Source: Rhizophagus irregularis
Taxonomy: Eukaryota
Assembly (NCBI RefSeq): GCF_026210795.1
Contig: NC_089435.1
Location: 2,046,001-2,110,000, forward strand
Length of the DNA: 64,000 nt
Direction of reading: 5' to 3'
Shown here piece by piece: positions 37,250-50,401 of this stretch. The first letter of the stretch is position 1; the number at the start of each line of letters is the position of its first letter. The notes beneath the pieces were generated by a model that saw nothing but the letters and a program-made list of their open reading frames with translations, had not been told where the DNA came from and did not search any database. The position numbers were made by a program, and so were the translations under genes.

Positions 37250-40200
37250 ATGGAAACTGAATTTAATGAATCAAATATCTTAGATAAAAATACTGATACA
37301 ATAAATACCAAAAATTGCTTGTATTGCAATACAATTTTTACTGAAAAATTATGGTGTAAAGAATGCATTAATTCTTTAGAAAAATTGGCAGAAAATGGTG
37401 ACAAAGAAGCAATGTATAGTTTAGCCATATTTTATAACAATGGAGAAGAGATAGAAAGGAATTTAGAAAAAGCCTTTTATTGGTATCAAAAAGCAGTAGA
37501 AAATGGTAATGAAAAGGCATTGTTTAATTTAGCTAATAGTTACTATAATGGAGAAGGAACAGAAAAGAATTTAGAAAAAGCCTTTCATTGGTATCAAAAA
37601 GCAGTAGAAAATGGGGTTAAAGAAGCAATGCTTAATTTGGCCATATGTTATGAAAATGGAAAAGGGACAGAAAAGAATTTAGAGAAAGCCTTTTATTGGT
37701 ATCAAAAAGCAGTAGAGAATAGTGGAGAAGAAGCAATGTTTAATTTAGCCATATGTTATGAAAATGGAGAAGGAACAGAAAAGAATTTAGATAAAGCTTT
37801 TTATTGGTATCAAAAGGCAGCAGAAAATGGTAATAAATATGCAATGTTTAATTTAGCTAATAGTTATTATAATGGAGAAGGAGCAGAAAAGAATTTAGAA
37901 AAAGCCTTTCATTGGTATCAAAAAGCAGCAGAAAAAGGTGATAAAGTAGTAATGTTTAATTTAGACAGTAGCTATCATAGTGGAGAAGGAATGGGAAAGA
38001 ATTTAGAAAAAGCTTTTTATTGGTATCAAAAAGCAGCAGAAAAAAATTATATTAAAGCAATGCTTTATTTATCTATATGTTATGAAAATGGAAAAGGAAC
38101 AGAAAAGGATTTAGAAAAAGCTTTTTATTGGTATCAAAAAGCAGCAGAAAATGGTGAAGAACAAGCAATGTTTAATTTAGCCAATAGCTATTATAATGGA
38201 AAAGGAGCAGAAAAGAATTTAGAAAAAGCCTTTTATTGGTATCAAAAAGCAGTAGAAAATGGGGTTAAAGAAGCAATGTTTAATTTAGCCATATGTTATA
38301 AAAATGGAAAAGGAACAGAAAAGAATTTAGAAAAAGCCTTTCATTGGTATCAAAAAGCAGCAAGAAAAGGTGATAAAGCAGCAATGTTTAATTTAGCCAA
38401 TAGCTATTATAAAGGAGAAGGAATAGGAACAAATTCAGAAAAAGCCTTTTATTGGTATCAAAAATCAGCAGAAAAAAATTATATTAAAGCAATGCTTTAT
38501 TTAGCCATATGTTATAAAAATGGAAAAAAAACAGAAGAGAATTTAGAAAAAGCCTTTTATTGGTATCAAAAATTGGCAGAAAATGGTAATAAAAATGCAA
38601 TGAATAATTTAGCCATATGCTATGAAGATGGAGAAGGAACAGAAAAGAATTTAGAAAAAGCTTTTTATTGGTATCAAAAGGCAGCAGAAAATTATGATAA
38701 AGATTCATTGCTTATTAATTTAGCCAATAGCTATTATAATGGAGAAGGAACAGAAAAGAATTTAGATAAAGCTTTTTATTGGTATCAAAAAGCAGCAGAA
38801 AATGGCAATGAAGGTGCAATGAATAATTTAGCCATATGTTATGAAAATGGAGTAGGAACAGAAAAGAATTTAGAAAAAGCCTTTTATTGGTATCAAAAAG
38901 CAGCAGAAAATGGCAATGAAGATGCAATAAATAATTTAGGTGTATGTTATTATAATGGAGAAGGAGCAGAAAAGAATTTAGAAAAAGCCTTTCATTGGTA
39001 TCAAAAAGCAGCAGAAAATGGCAATGAAGATGCAATGAATAATTTAGGTGTATGTTATGAAAATGGAGAAGGAACAGAAAAGAATTTAGAAAAAGCCTTT
39101 TGTTGGTATCAAAAAGCAGCAGAACATGGTAATAAATATGCTATGAATAATTTAGCCATATGTTATGAAAATGGAGTAGGGACAGAAAAGAATTTAGAAA
39201 AAGCCTTTGCTTGGGATCAAAAATTGGCAGAAAATGGTGATAAAGATGCAATGAATAATTTAGGTGTATGTTATGAAAATGGAGTAGGAACAGAAAAGAA
39301 TTTAGAAAAAGCCTTTTATTGGTATCAAAAATCAGCAGAAAATGGTGATAAAGATGCAACAAATAATCTAGGTGTATGTTATGAAAATGGAAAAAGAACA
39401 GTAAAGAATTTAGAAAAAGTCTTTTATTGGTGTCAAAAATTGGCAGAAAATGGTAATAAAGATGCAATGAATAATTTAGCCATATGTTATGAAGATGGAG
39501 AAGGAACAGAAAAGAATTTAGAAAAAGCTTTTTATTGGTATCAAAAAGCAGCAGAAAATGGCAATGAAGGTGCAATGTTTAATTCAGCCATATGCTATGA
39601 AAATGGAGAAGGAACGGAAAAGAATTTAGAAAAAGCCTTTTATTGGTATCAAAAAGCAGTAGAAAATGGTAATAAAGATGCAATGAATAATTTAGCCATA
39701 TGTTATGAAAATGGAGTAGGAACAGAAAAGAATTTAGAAAAAGCCTTTATTGGTATCAAAAAGCAGCAGAAAATGGTGATAAAGATGCAATGAATAATTT
39801 AGGTGTATGTTATGAAAATGGAAAAAGAACAGTAAAGAATTTGTATAAAGCTTTTTATTGGTATCAAAAAGCAGCAGAAAAAAATTACAGTAAAGCAATG
39901 CTTTATTTAGCTATATGTTATGAAAATGGAGAAGGAACAGAAAAAAGTTTAGAAAAAGCCTTTTATTGGTATCAAAAAGCAGCAGAAAATGGCGAAAAAG
40001 AAGCAATGTTTAATTTAGCCAGTAGCTATTATAATAATTATGATGTAGAAAAAATGGAACAGAATACAGAAAAAGCCTTTTATTGGTATCAAAAAGCAGC
40101 AGAAAATGGTTATGAAAGAGCAATGTTTAATTTAGCCAATATCTATTATTGGAAATGGAATAGAAAAGAATTTAGAACAAGCCTTTTATTGGTACCAACA

Positions 40201-41697
40201 AGCAGCAGAAAATGGTTATACTGAAGCAATGATTAATTTAGCTATATGTTATGAAAATGGAAAAGGTACAGAAAAGAATTTAGAAAAGGCTTTTTATTGG
40301 TACCAAAAAGTAGCAGAAAATAATAATGTAAATACTAAAAATGAAGCCGAATGTGTAATGAATGCAATCAACCATATACTGATTACCAGTGGTGGTGCCA
40401 GCAATGCAATACTAAACGATTTCAACAAGATTTTTCAAATTGGACTAGTAAAAATGAATTTATTGATAAATTTATTCAAGAAGCACAACTAAATGCTAAA
40501 AATAGTTACGAAATTTTAGAGTGGATACCTTATAATAAATTGTCAAATATTAATTATTATGATAAAGGAGGATTTAGTGAAATTCATAAAGCTACCTGGT
40601 CAAATGGACCTATTTATAGTTGGAATTTTGATAAACAACAATGGAATAGACAATTAGATTATGAGGTCATTCTTAAAACACTTAATAATTCATCAAGTTT
40701 AGATAGCAAATTTCTTGATGAGGTATAGTACTTATATTTAATAGTATATTTTATTTTCTTTTGCAAAAATTTAATAATTTTTTTATCATTTATATAGTGG
40801 AAATATCATTATAATTGTCAGAAAAAATCATTTTCAAAATTTATTCAATTCTTTGGATTTACCCAAGATCCAAAGAATTTAAATTATATAATAATAATGA
40901 GTTATGCAAAAAAAGGAAGTTTGAGAAAATGTTTACCTGATATAATTAAATTTAAATGGAAAGAAAGGTTACAATTATTGAAAAAAATTATATTAGGACT
41001 TAAAGTAATTCATGAATCAAATTTAACTCATGGTGATTTTCATGATGGTAATATTCTATTATCAGATAATTACAATGAATTATTTATTATTGATTTAGGA
41101 TTGTGCAAACCTATAAGTGATTTACAAGATTCTAATAATAAAGTTAATGAAATTTACGGAGTTTTACCTTATATGGCGCCTGAAATATTGAGAAAAAAGT
41201 CTTATACTCCAGCAAGTGATATTTATAGTTTTTCAATGATAATGTGGGAGTTTACATCAGGTATTCCTCCATTTAGTCATAAAGCACATGATCATCACCT
41301 TATCTTAAGTATTTGTAAAGAAGGAAGACGCCCTGAAATTATAAAAAATACTCCAAAATGCTATATAGATTTAATGAAAAAATGTTGGGATTTAGATCCT
41401 TCCAATAGACCAACCATAATAATGCTTGAATATACAATATCTGAATGGATTAGATGTATTAATGAATATTATGAAATAAACAGGGATGGAAAATATAAAT
41501 TTGAAGCACCTAATATTGAGAATCAATTAAAAAATGATATGTTGGAATTTGTAGCAGCAAACAAAGCTATATTAGAAGGACAAGCAAGTACTTCTACTAT
41601 ACAATATCATTCACAAGCATATTATACAAGTCGCAGATTTACTGAAATTTCAGTTCAAGAAGAGTCTCAGGGCTTTGATTGTATGATTGAAGATTAA
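37250..41697 (+). pseudogene. Sel1-like-repeat (~27 x 36 aa) + tyrosine-kinase-like kinase gene with three frameshifts (pseudogene or assembly indels)
   Basis: Repeats AM.NLA.CY.NGEGTEKNLEKAFYWYQKAAENG at about 37387-40320. Frameshifts near 39748, 40150 and 40351. Intron 40723-40797. Kinase motifs HGDFHDGN, DLG, GVLPYMAPE, SDIYSF. Confidence 0.9.
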
Positions 41698-42527
41698 TAA
41701 TTCTATTATTTATTTATTCTTAATTATTTAACAATTATTTTATAGAAACATTATTATTATGTACTTTTACAGTTTTTACAATAAAGTAAAAAGATTAAAT
41801 ATTATTAAATACAAGCATGATAATTATTGAAACAATGTTTATTTATATTTTTATTTTCATTTGCAGTTTGTTACTAGTATTATTACATGCCATGATGTGT
41901 ATTGATGTGTTAAATATTATTTTTTTTTTATTAATAATTGATTGGCTACCAATTACAAAATAATAAAATATTATCTAGAGAGGAGCTATATTGCGTCTTC
42001 ATTAAAATGAAATATTTCTAACTCTATCCCTCCTGCTGTGAATTCCTTTTTCCCAAAGAATATTGGGAATGAACAAATCTCATTAGCATTAGTTATGAAA
42101 AGCACCTGATCTCGCAAAGAAAGATTGGCTAATAAAACTTCACCGTAGTACTGGTATACAAAAAGTACTTTACATCTAAAAGTAGATTTGAAGTACGTCC
42201 CATCTGCCAATACTTACCATTGCTACATATTGCTAATAATGAGATTGCTTCATATAAAATGTCATGTGTAAAATGACTTATTAGTAATATTTGCATATTT
42301 ACATATATGTCTAGCATTATGAAACTTGTGGTCACGAGTGTCTCATCAATAAAATATACATCGTCCATCTTTTTTTTTTTGCTCCAAACTTCCATTTTCA
42401 CAACCTGAAAAAAAATTTCTTCTTATACTCGATAAAAGAAAAAATTTAATCTGCCTGTAACAATGTCACATGCAATCGATCATAATTTTAGTAAATCGAC
42501 TATCTAACTAGATAGTCAAATAATATT

Positions 42528-43736
42528 TTGCAAAATGACAGTATATCACTTTATTCATTTCTTTTAGTTAACAAAATTCGGTATGAGGTAGCAGTACCAG
42601 TATTATGGAAAATTCCTGAAAGAATTCCTTTAACTAAAAAAGCAGAGAGTATATTATTATATTATTTAACGTTATGTTTTCACATTTATCATAAGACTCA
42701 AGAGATATTTTGAAGAAACAAGAAATAAACGATTTTTTCACAGAAGCTTATCGACCACCTTCATTTAATTACATTAATTTATGGAAACATTTAGATTTAA
42801 AACTTTTAGAAAATATGATTAGATTAGGAAATGACAAAGAATAAAACATTAATATTTTAATGAACGAATTATTAAAATTATTTATTAACAAAAATAAAGA
42901 ATTCATATCATTATTTATTCCATTTAATTTTAAATATCAAATATACGATATTTCATGGGCAGAAGAATGGTTTTCAAATCTTCTTGTGATGACAATAATA
43001 AAAATATTGTAAAGGGATTAACTATATCAGCTAAATCAATTAAAAAATTCATATATTATCTTACAAATTTTGATTATAATTATATTTCTGCAAGCTCAAG
43101 ATTAATTGAAAATCAAAATGACTTGAACGAAATTCGTTATAATGATGTATTATAATTCGAAGTTATTGAAAAATCACTAATTAAAAAAGCAGATATTATT
43201 CAACATCTACAAATATGTTAGAGATTTAAAGATGAATTTCTTTCATGTTTGTAAATTTAAGAAGTTTAAAAATGAATATACCTTTCTTATTTAAATACAA
43301 TAGTAATATAAATTTGTGTCATTTGGAGAACACATCTTCACCTGGTTTGAAAGTTTTAAAAGCTAATCTTAACTCGCATCTAAATTTGATTGTGAGGTTT
43401 ATTAAAATAAAAGACTTATCCAAGCAATTTATCAGGATCGTCCGATGATAGTGAAAGGTTATTGATTAAATGTCAAAATTTAAATGGATTAATTTTTAGA
43501 ATGAAATGTCTTTTCAATATAAAAGTTTATTTAAAGTATTAATTAGACCATCACCAATAAATTTGTATAATTTTAAATTTTTTGATCGAAATTATGGACC
43601 TAAAGTTATTACAAATCAGTCTAGCGAGTTTCATGTCCGATTATCCGCTATAGGTAGGAGAATTGAAAGCTAATAAAGGAATATAAAGTAAAAGGAATAG
43701 TTCAAAAATTTGACTTTGATTATTTTTATTTATTAG
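42528..43736 (+). pseudogene. Degenerate F-box/RNI-like LRR gene
   Basis: Colinear with 29449-30912 (LQNDSISLYSFLLV...; KGIVQKFDFDYFY) but with many indels and stops, and the start codon region is replaced. Confidence 0.85.
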
Positions 43737-43951
43737 CCGCAAATATTGACAAAACTGCATAAAGCTCAATGAATAATACTATTAAAAATTTTTTTATAGT
43801 TATATAATTAATATCTAATTGCACATAAAAAAGGAACTTCTACGCTCAAGTTGATTGTAAACACATGTATTTTCAAATTATTGTATAGTAAAACCAAATA
43901 ATTTTATTGTTCCTATTGCTTTGTGTAGAAAAAATACCATAAAATTAACAT

Positions 43952-45475
43952 TTAAAGGGTAAACCAATCCGCCGGTATGATTTGAAATATTTCATATTCT
44001 TCCACAAAAAATATATCAGTAGTTTCTCTGATTTGTTTTTCGTAATTATTATTATAACAATTACCAAAGTCTCCAAATAAAGCAAGGTCACCAATACCAA
44101 ATACTGGACCACTATTATAATGGTTAAGTATAGCAAATTTTTCATATTTTACACGACTCAAAGTATAAATTTCAATATTATCATTGTTGTTAAACGAGAA
44201 TATAAAACTATCTTTAGTAGATTTATAATCCTTTTCACAAATTGCATCATATCCACCAGATTCCCATGCAATTGGATTATATCCTCCAAGAATTTCATTA
44301 CTATCTTTCACTTTAATTATCGTTATAGTATGAAATTTATTATCACAGATTTCATGAAATTTTTCACGTGTAAATCCATCACGAGATCCACGAAATAACA
44401 ATTTAAATTTGTACGCATTTTTTATCTCATCTATAATGTTTAATCTATCAATCCATTTTATAATTATTTTAGCGTGTTGAATTGTAATGATTTTGGAATC
44501 AATATTAATTTCCTTAATAGTCGTACAAGGAGGTTTTGAATCTTTAATTGGTTGACTGTCAAGATTCATAAAATATTTTAATAAATCATCATATAATAAT
44601 TCCTTTGGCAAAACCTTTCTGTAAGGTAATACTTTGTCCGAAAATTCTCGAGAAGTTAAATTATGAAATTTTATAAATGGAATACACTGGCGGATATTAT
44701 TTTTTAAAGTTTTGAAATCTTCTTTTGAAAAATTTGTAAGGTCAGAAGGAAATTCTGGATTTTGAGCATATCCCCATTTAAGAACATATTCCCATACTTG
44801 AATTTCGCTCATTTGAAGATTTTCACTTTGAATAATTAAGACCAAAAGTTTTTCCGGAATTGATGAGAAATTTGGTGATTTAAATATCTTGTTTGGATTT
44901 TTGGTTATTAAATTAGTACAAAAATTTTGAAGCTCCAAGAAAGAATCGTTCCCAAAACTTATTTGATATATCAAATTAAAATTTTGTTCCATCCAATTTG
45001 TCTTAGTTTCAATCAAAAAGGATTGTATATAAGTGATTAATTCATGAAGACCAAATTCACTTCCAGTAAGCAAGATTCTAATTATATCCGAAGCATCATA
45101 TTCATTCAAAGAAATTTTTCCACTATAAATATATCTAAGATAATAAAAAAGCGTAAATTTAAATATTAATTAAACAATCATATTTTAAATTTAATCTTGT
45201 ATCATTCCTATTTCTTACCCTAAGATTATTTGAAAAGCTTCAGGCAAAACATTTGGTAATTTTATATGAACCAAAGTTCCATCACTTTTCTTTTTATTTG
45301 TTGACAACATTCTTCGTAGATACGTGGAACGATAATATAAGATTACCATATGAGCACGAAATATCTTTATATACGGGTCATTACCAACTTCAATAGTAAC
45401 ATCATAATATTCTTCATCATTTAAAATTTCAAGTAAATTTTGTGATAATTTTGGTAAAAGTTTATTATCGTCCAT
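43952..45475 (-). CDS. BTB/POZ-BACK-TLDc protein (2 exons)
   Basis: Exon 1 45475-45219, intron 45218-45135, exon 2 45134-43952. All family motifs present. Confidence 0.92.
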
Positions 45476-46232
45476 GACTTATTATAAATTTAAAAGAAAA
45501 AGAACTTTAATTTTGTGAACGGTTAACCTTAAATAATTGTTGCTGCAGCTTACTAATCCAAAAATGACACTTTAGTATGTGGCTTGGAGAAAAAATTTAA
45601 TTGGTCCAGAGAGAAATAGGTTACTAATGTTTTATTATATAATGATATTTTTTTGGTTAGCTCGAAGATCGGGATCGAAGGTTTTGTATTTATTGCAATT
45701 GATTGATGAGTTCTACTAATACTAATAAGTATTAGTTAATTAATTTAATAAAGTTAATCTTTTTTTTATCTAGGTTCAATTTTCAGTGGTGACACGGTAC
45801 CCACTCCTTTTTTTTTGAATTAAAATATATTTTCAATTTATTAATTTTTTTTAATAAAATTAATTTTTTAATAAATAATTTTTTAAACGCTTTTTTAGAT
45901 TTTTTTTTAATAATATTAAATTTTATAAATTTAAAAAATTAATTGATCGGTGGGATGATATCAGCTTGGATTACAGTTCACCCTTACAGTAATATAACGA
46001 ATTTTTATATATTGAATGAAAATCAAGAAAGCTCCAGTACTATACAATTTTTTTTTTATAAACAATAATATTTAATATAACGAATTTTAAGGTAAAATCT
46101 TTATAATTTCGAATTTATATGTTAGAACAAATTTGAAAATGACCCTCGAGATTTTGAAATTTTTAAAGTTACACAAAACATTATCACATGCGTGCAAAAA
46201 ATCACAATATTAAAACTTCATATTTTAATTAA

Positions 46233-46495
46233 GGCCGTTCCAATTTAATCTTTAGTTTAACGTCCCCCCCCCTCTATTTTTGAAAAATTCAAGGGTGATT
46301 TAAACATATATGTTTGATATGTTTAAATATGCTTAAAACACCCCCTCCTTTATTAAAATTTAATAGTACCGAGAATTTCCGATTTTACCGAAAATTTCCA
46401 AAATTTAATTTTCACGTTTGTTTAAATTATCCCCTCCCCCCCCTCAAAATTTTGGCCGGAAAGGTCGTTAAACTAATTATTAATTTGGAACGGCC
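46233..46495. mobile_element. PIF/Harbinger-type (Tourist-like) MITE
   Basis: ~29-bp TIRs GGCCGTTCCAA(T/A)TTAAT..TTAGTTTAACG with a TAA target duplication (46230-46232 and 46496-46498). Confidence 0.88.
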
Positions 46496-47149
46496 TAACT
46501 GGGCTTTTATGATCAAGAAGGACGTAAATTTTTTTTTTTGTCATTTCAATTTATACCAGGTATTGATTAAAAATAAAAAAAATGTATGTAGATCACGTGA
46601 TTGAAATAAAATTTCCCTCATCTTAATCTCTAGCTCACAGGATTCACTATAACGAGGGGTAAACTGTATAGAAATGGATGGGTTGATGTTTTCTTTTTAA
46701 TTATTAATTGTCTTTTAGAAAGTGAACTTAAATCTTTAATGTTTACTCATGCATCTACACTTAACTCCATAACAATTCTTTGCGATAACCTCCTTCAAAT
46801 TTTCTGACTTTTTTTCAGGGTTTTGATTGTTTATTTGTTTATTTTTTTATTTAAGCTTTGTGTACCCCATACAGTCGTACATTTTTTTATTAGTAAATTA
46901 AATGTGAAATTCATGGGACGTGTGTCACGGAATTTCATAGGATCATCTATACCATAAATTAAACTAATATTTAAATATTCCAAATGTTTACATCAATTGA
47001 TTCAAATTTTTATCTGAAATTTTGCAATTATCTAATATCAAATTTTTAATCTTAGAAGATCTTTCCTCGCTAGAAGAAGGATGATGATACTTTGATACTT
47101 CCAGAATTTTACTACTAGTAAATGAAGCGTATTCTATTTGATTCGATTT

Positions 47150-47640
47150 GATTATATATTTCCTGATATCTGTAATAAAAAATTAAAATAAATTATTTTT
47201 AATTGAGAAATTTCATCATCAACCAAATAACTTTTGCATCTTCGCCCGATATTTCTTAACCCTAACTTTGTAATTAAACTAAACGATAAAGAAAGATAAA
47301 CAATATTTGTGAGAATTATATTTGTATTTTCATCGGTGGGTTTTGGATTATTGACTCCTAAATCCATTTTACGTAGAGTTGGGATCTGTAAAATAATATT
47401 TTTGACAATTAAATCGGATGTAAGCTGGAACGCATATATAACTTTCGTAATCCTTGAAGTTTTTTTACATGGAGATTAAAGAAATTGCTCGAGTATTTAA
47501 ACCATGTGATATCGTAAGCGATGTGAGTTCCTTGCATCTATTTACCAAGTTTGCAACGCATTTGGAGAGATAATAACGCAAAAACTAGGGAAATAAATGT
47601 GGTAAGTTTGGACAAAGATCGATTCGTGAGACTAGTACGT
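47150..47640 (-). pseudogene. Degenerate LRR (RNI-like) gene fragment
   Basis: Frameshifted pieces VANLVNRCKELTSLTIS, LQGLRKLYM, IILQIPTLRKMDLG and LTNIVYLSLSFSLITKLGLRNIGRRC have LRR-like spacing. Confidence 0.5.
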
Positions 47641-50401
47641 ACATCCAAATAATTTTAATTTATTTAAATGATCGTTAATTTCAATTATGTTTAAGTTTTT
47701 TAACAAGTATCCACAAAATTTTGTTGAATGAAAATAAATCGGTTTTGTAAAAAAAAATTGGATTACTACTTCTTTTTCTCATTCTTCTGAAGTTCTCGAA
47801 ATGGGAGATTTACAAATTTACTCAAATTAAAGAATCTAATGGGGAGTTGAGAATAATAGGGGTTTTTCCCCCAGAAAAGTGTAATTACTACTCCAATAAG
47901 TAACCTACCCTGAAAACGATTTGGGAATAAATTTTATTAATAATACTTTTTAAAAGATATCATCTCAAAACTTGGCAATTTGCTTGGGATCGATCGACCA
48001 CAGGTAGTACAAGAAAATATGTCGTTGAACGATACATTTGCTACTGTGTCAATGTTTGACATTGTTTTGATGTATTTTATGGGTTCCTAATTGGAGCACC
48101 GGATATATTACAAATTTCGTTCATTGTACAACATTATGTGATGGTCATGTGATTTTAAAGCTGTAGGTCGGAATTATGGTGTCAAATAACCGGCGACAAG
48201 TAGGGCCGATAATAATTCTTCACATGGTCACACGATAGAGAAATTTTTATGGTGGTACTAGGGAAAATGTGTTAATTTGGCTAACTTGCAGCCTGGGTCT
48301 GTGAAATCCTATATTGTCTTTGCCAGTTCTGCGCAACCTTCATGCCTTCTTCTTCAACGTTCTGTATCAGTGTTGTAACTGAAATTGAAATCTAGCTGAT
48401 CTTTAAATTCAGATATATGAAATTAAAATTTGACGATCAATTAAATGAAATTGAAATGTCGATTTTATTTTAATTTCAGTTAACGTATAAAATTCGATTA
48501 ACAGATCATGTGATCCTAGGCCTCCTAATATGATTGGCCCAAAATTATCAGCCACATTTATTTATTTGTTTATTGTTTATCGTCACCACTATACATCTCT
48601 CTTTCTTGCATCTTTTCCCATATTTTTTCCATATTTTTTATGGTTTAAAAATTTATTTTTAATTAATAAAAACAGTATTTTCTTTAATAATTAATTTAGA
48701 AAAAGAAAAGTTGTTAATACTTTTCATAATAATTTTATAACAATCGCGTTTTTTCATGTAGACTTCATAACGTAATCTCAGCTTTTTGGTTAAACTAAAC
48801 TAGCTTTGGAAGACTAAGTAAGGTTGTTTAACAGGTATGAAAGTAATTAGTTATAAATTTTATTAAAATAGTTTGAATATTTGTAGTACTATGTGTATTT
48901 TTGTAACTTTATAGCATAATTTTTAGTACTTTGGTTAATTAAAACAGCTAAGTAAGTTATTTATTTAGAAGGTATAGAACTACTCAAATATTAATTTTCG
49001 TCAAGGTAGTTCATTTTCAGAATTTATATGAGTATTTTTTTTGTAATAAAATTACTGTGCCGCATATAATTTTTTTATTTTATAGCGTAATTTCATCACT
49101 TTTATCGAATAAAACAGGTCTTGAGGACTAAGTAAAGTTTTCAGTAGGCAAGGATCTATTCATATATTAATTTTCAATAAAATAGCTTGCATATTTGTAA
49201 AGTTATAGGCATTTTTGTAATGTGGTTCATTTTTATTTTTTTTTTATTTTACAATGTAATTTTAGCATTTTAATTAAATAATATGTCATTAAAGACTAAA
49301 TAAATTATTCAACAAATACAATATCAATTTTCATTGAAATAACAAATTTTTGCAAAATTTATTGCTATTTTTTTTGTAATATTAAGACGCGTTTTTATAT
49401 GTAGTTTATTAAAAAATTAAATATAAAAGTACAATAAATATGCATTTTTATTAAAATACAAAATTTTTTCTAAGGTAAATCGTATGCGTGACTGATTTTA
49501 AACCAATTATATTTGAGAGAAGTGGGTCTGTGCTTCGTATGAAATTCTGCGGTGTTGATTGTGATCACGTGATCTGTGATTATTGTACTTTTGCAAAATT
49601 ACAAATAAAGAAAATGAATACCATTGTAATTAATTAATTCAATAAAACTCAATGAAATGTTAATAGAAACATACGATATTATAAAAATTACAGTTAAAGA
49701 ATATTAATACACTTTACAAATAAAAAACAATTTATAAAACATTTATAAGCCATTTCGCAAAATTACAAATAAAGAAAATTGAATACTATTGTAATTAATT
49801 AACTCAATAAAACTCAATGAAATGTTAACAATATCATAAAAATTACAGATAAAGAATATTAATATATAATACAATAGATAATAATTTATAAATTATGACA
49901 AATAAAAATTCGGTCTTAATGAAAATCTTTCTATCGCATTGATACACCAATCTTAGATAAACAAGCAGTATACATGTTAGATTGATTAGATTTTGCTCTA
50001 AAAAAGAGATGAAATTTTCTATATATTGGTAAAATAATAACGAGAGAGTAGGAAGGAAATTGTATAATCGTAAAAACTAAAATTCTTAATTTGCTTCTGT
50101 ACAATTCATATAATTTTATGCAATTTTGTGCAATTCCACTATTTCTTTTTGCTAACCTTTCAACAAACAATATCAAGGCGTATTAAGTAAAAATTTTGTT
50201 GGTTTTTGTTGGATTTTTACATAAATTTTTGAAGCCCTATATAAACACTATTTCTTGTTATCAATCGTCCTTTCCAAATTATTTGATACTGTATGCAATT
50301 TTAAGCACTGTATTTGTAAAGTGAGTAAACATATTAGTACTAGTATATATTTTATTTTTTTCATGGTTATACTTATCTGTTTATTTATAATAGAAATCAA
50401 C

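Noticed and set aside
38484..39575. His/Leu-rich repetitive ORFs on the - strand
   Set aside because: Antisense shadows of the Sel1 repeats.
49590..49865. ~165-bp direct duplication as a possible LTR pair
   Set aside because: Adjacent AT-rich tandem duplication inside the Ginger element with no TG..CA ends or TSD.
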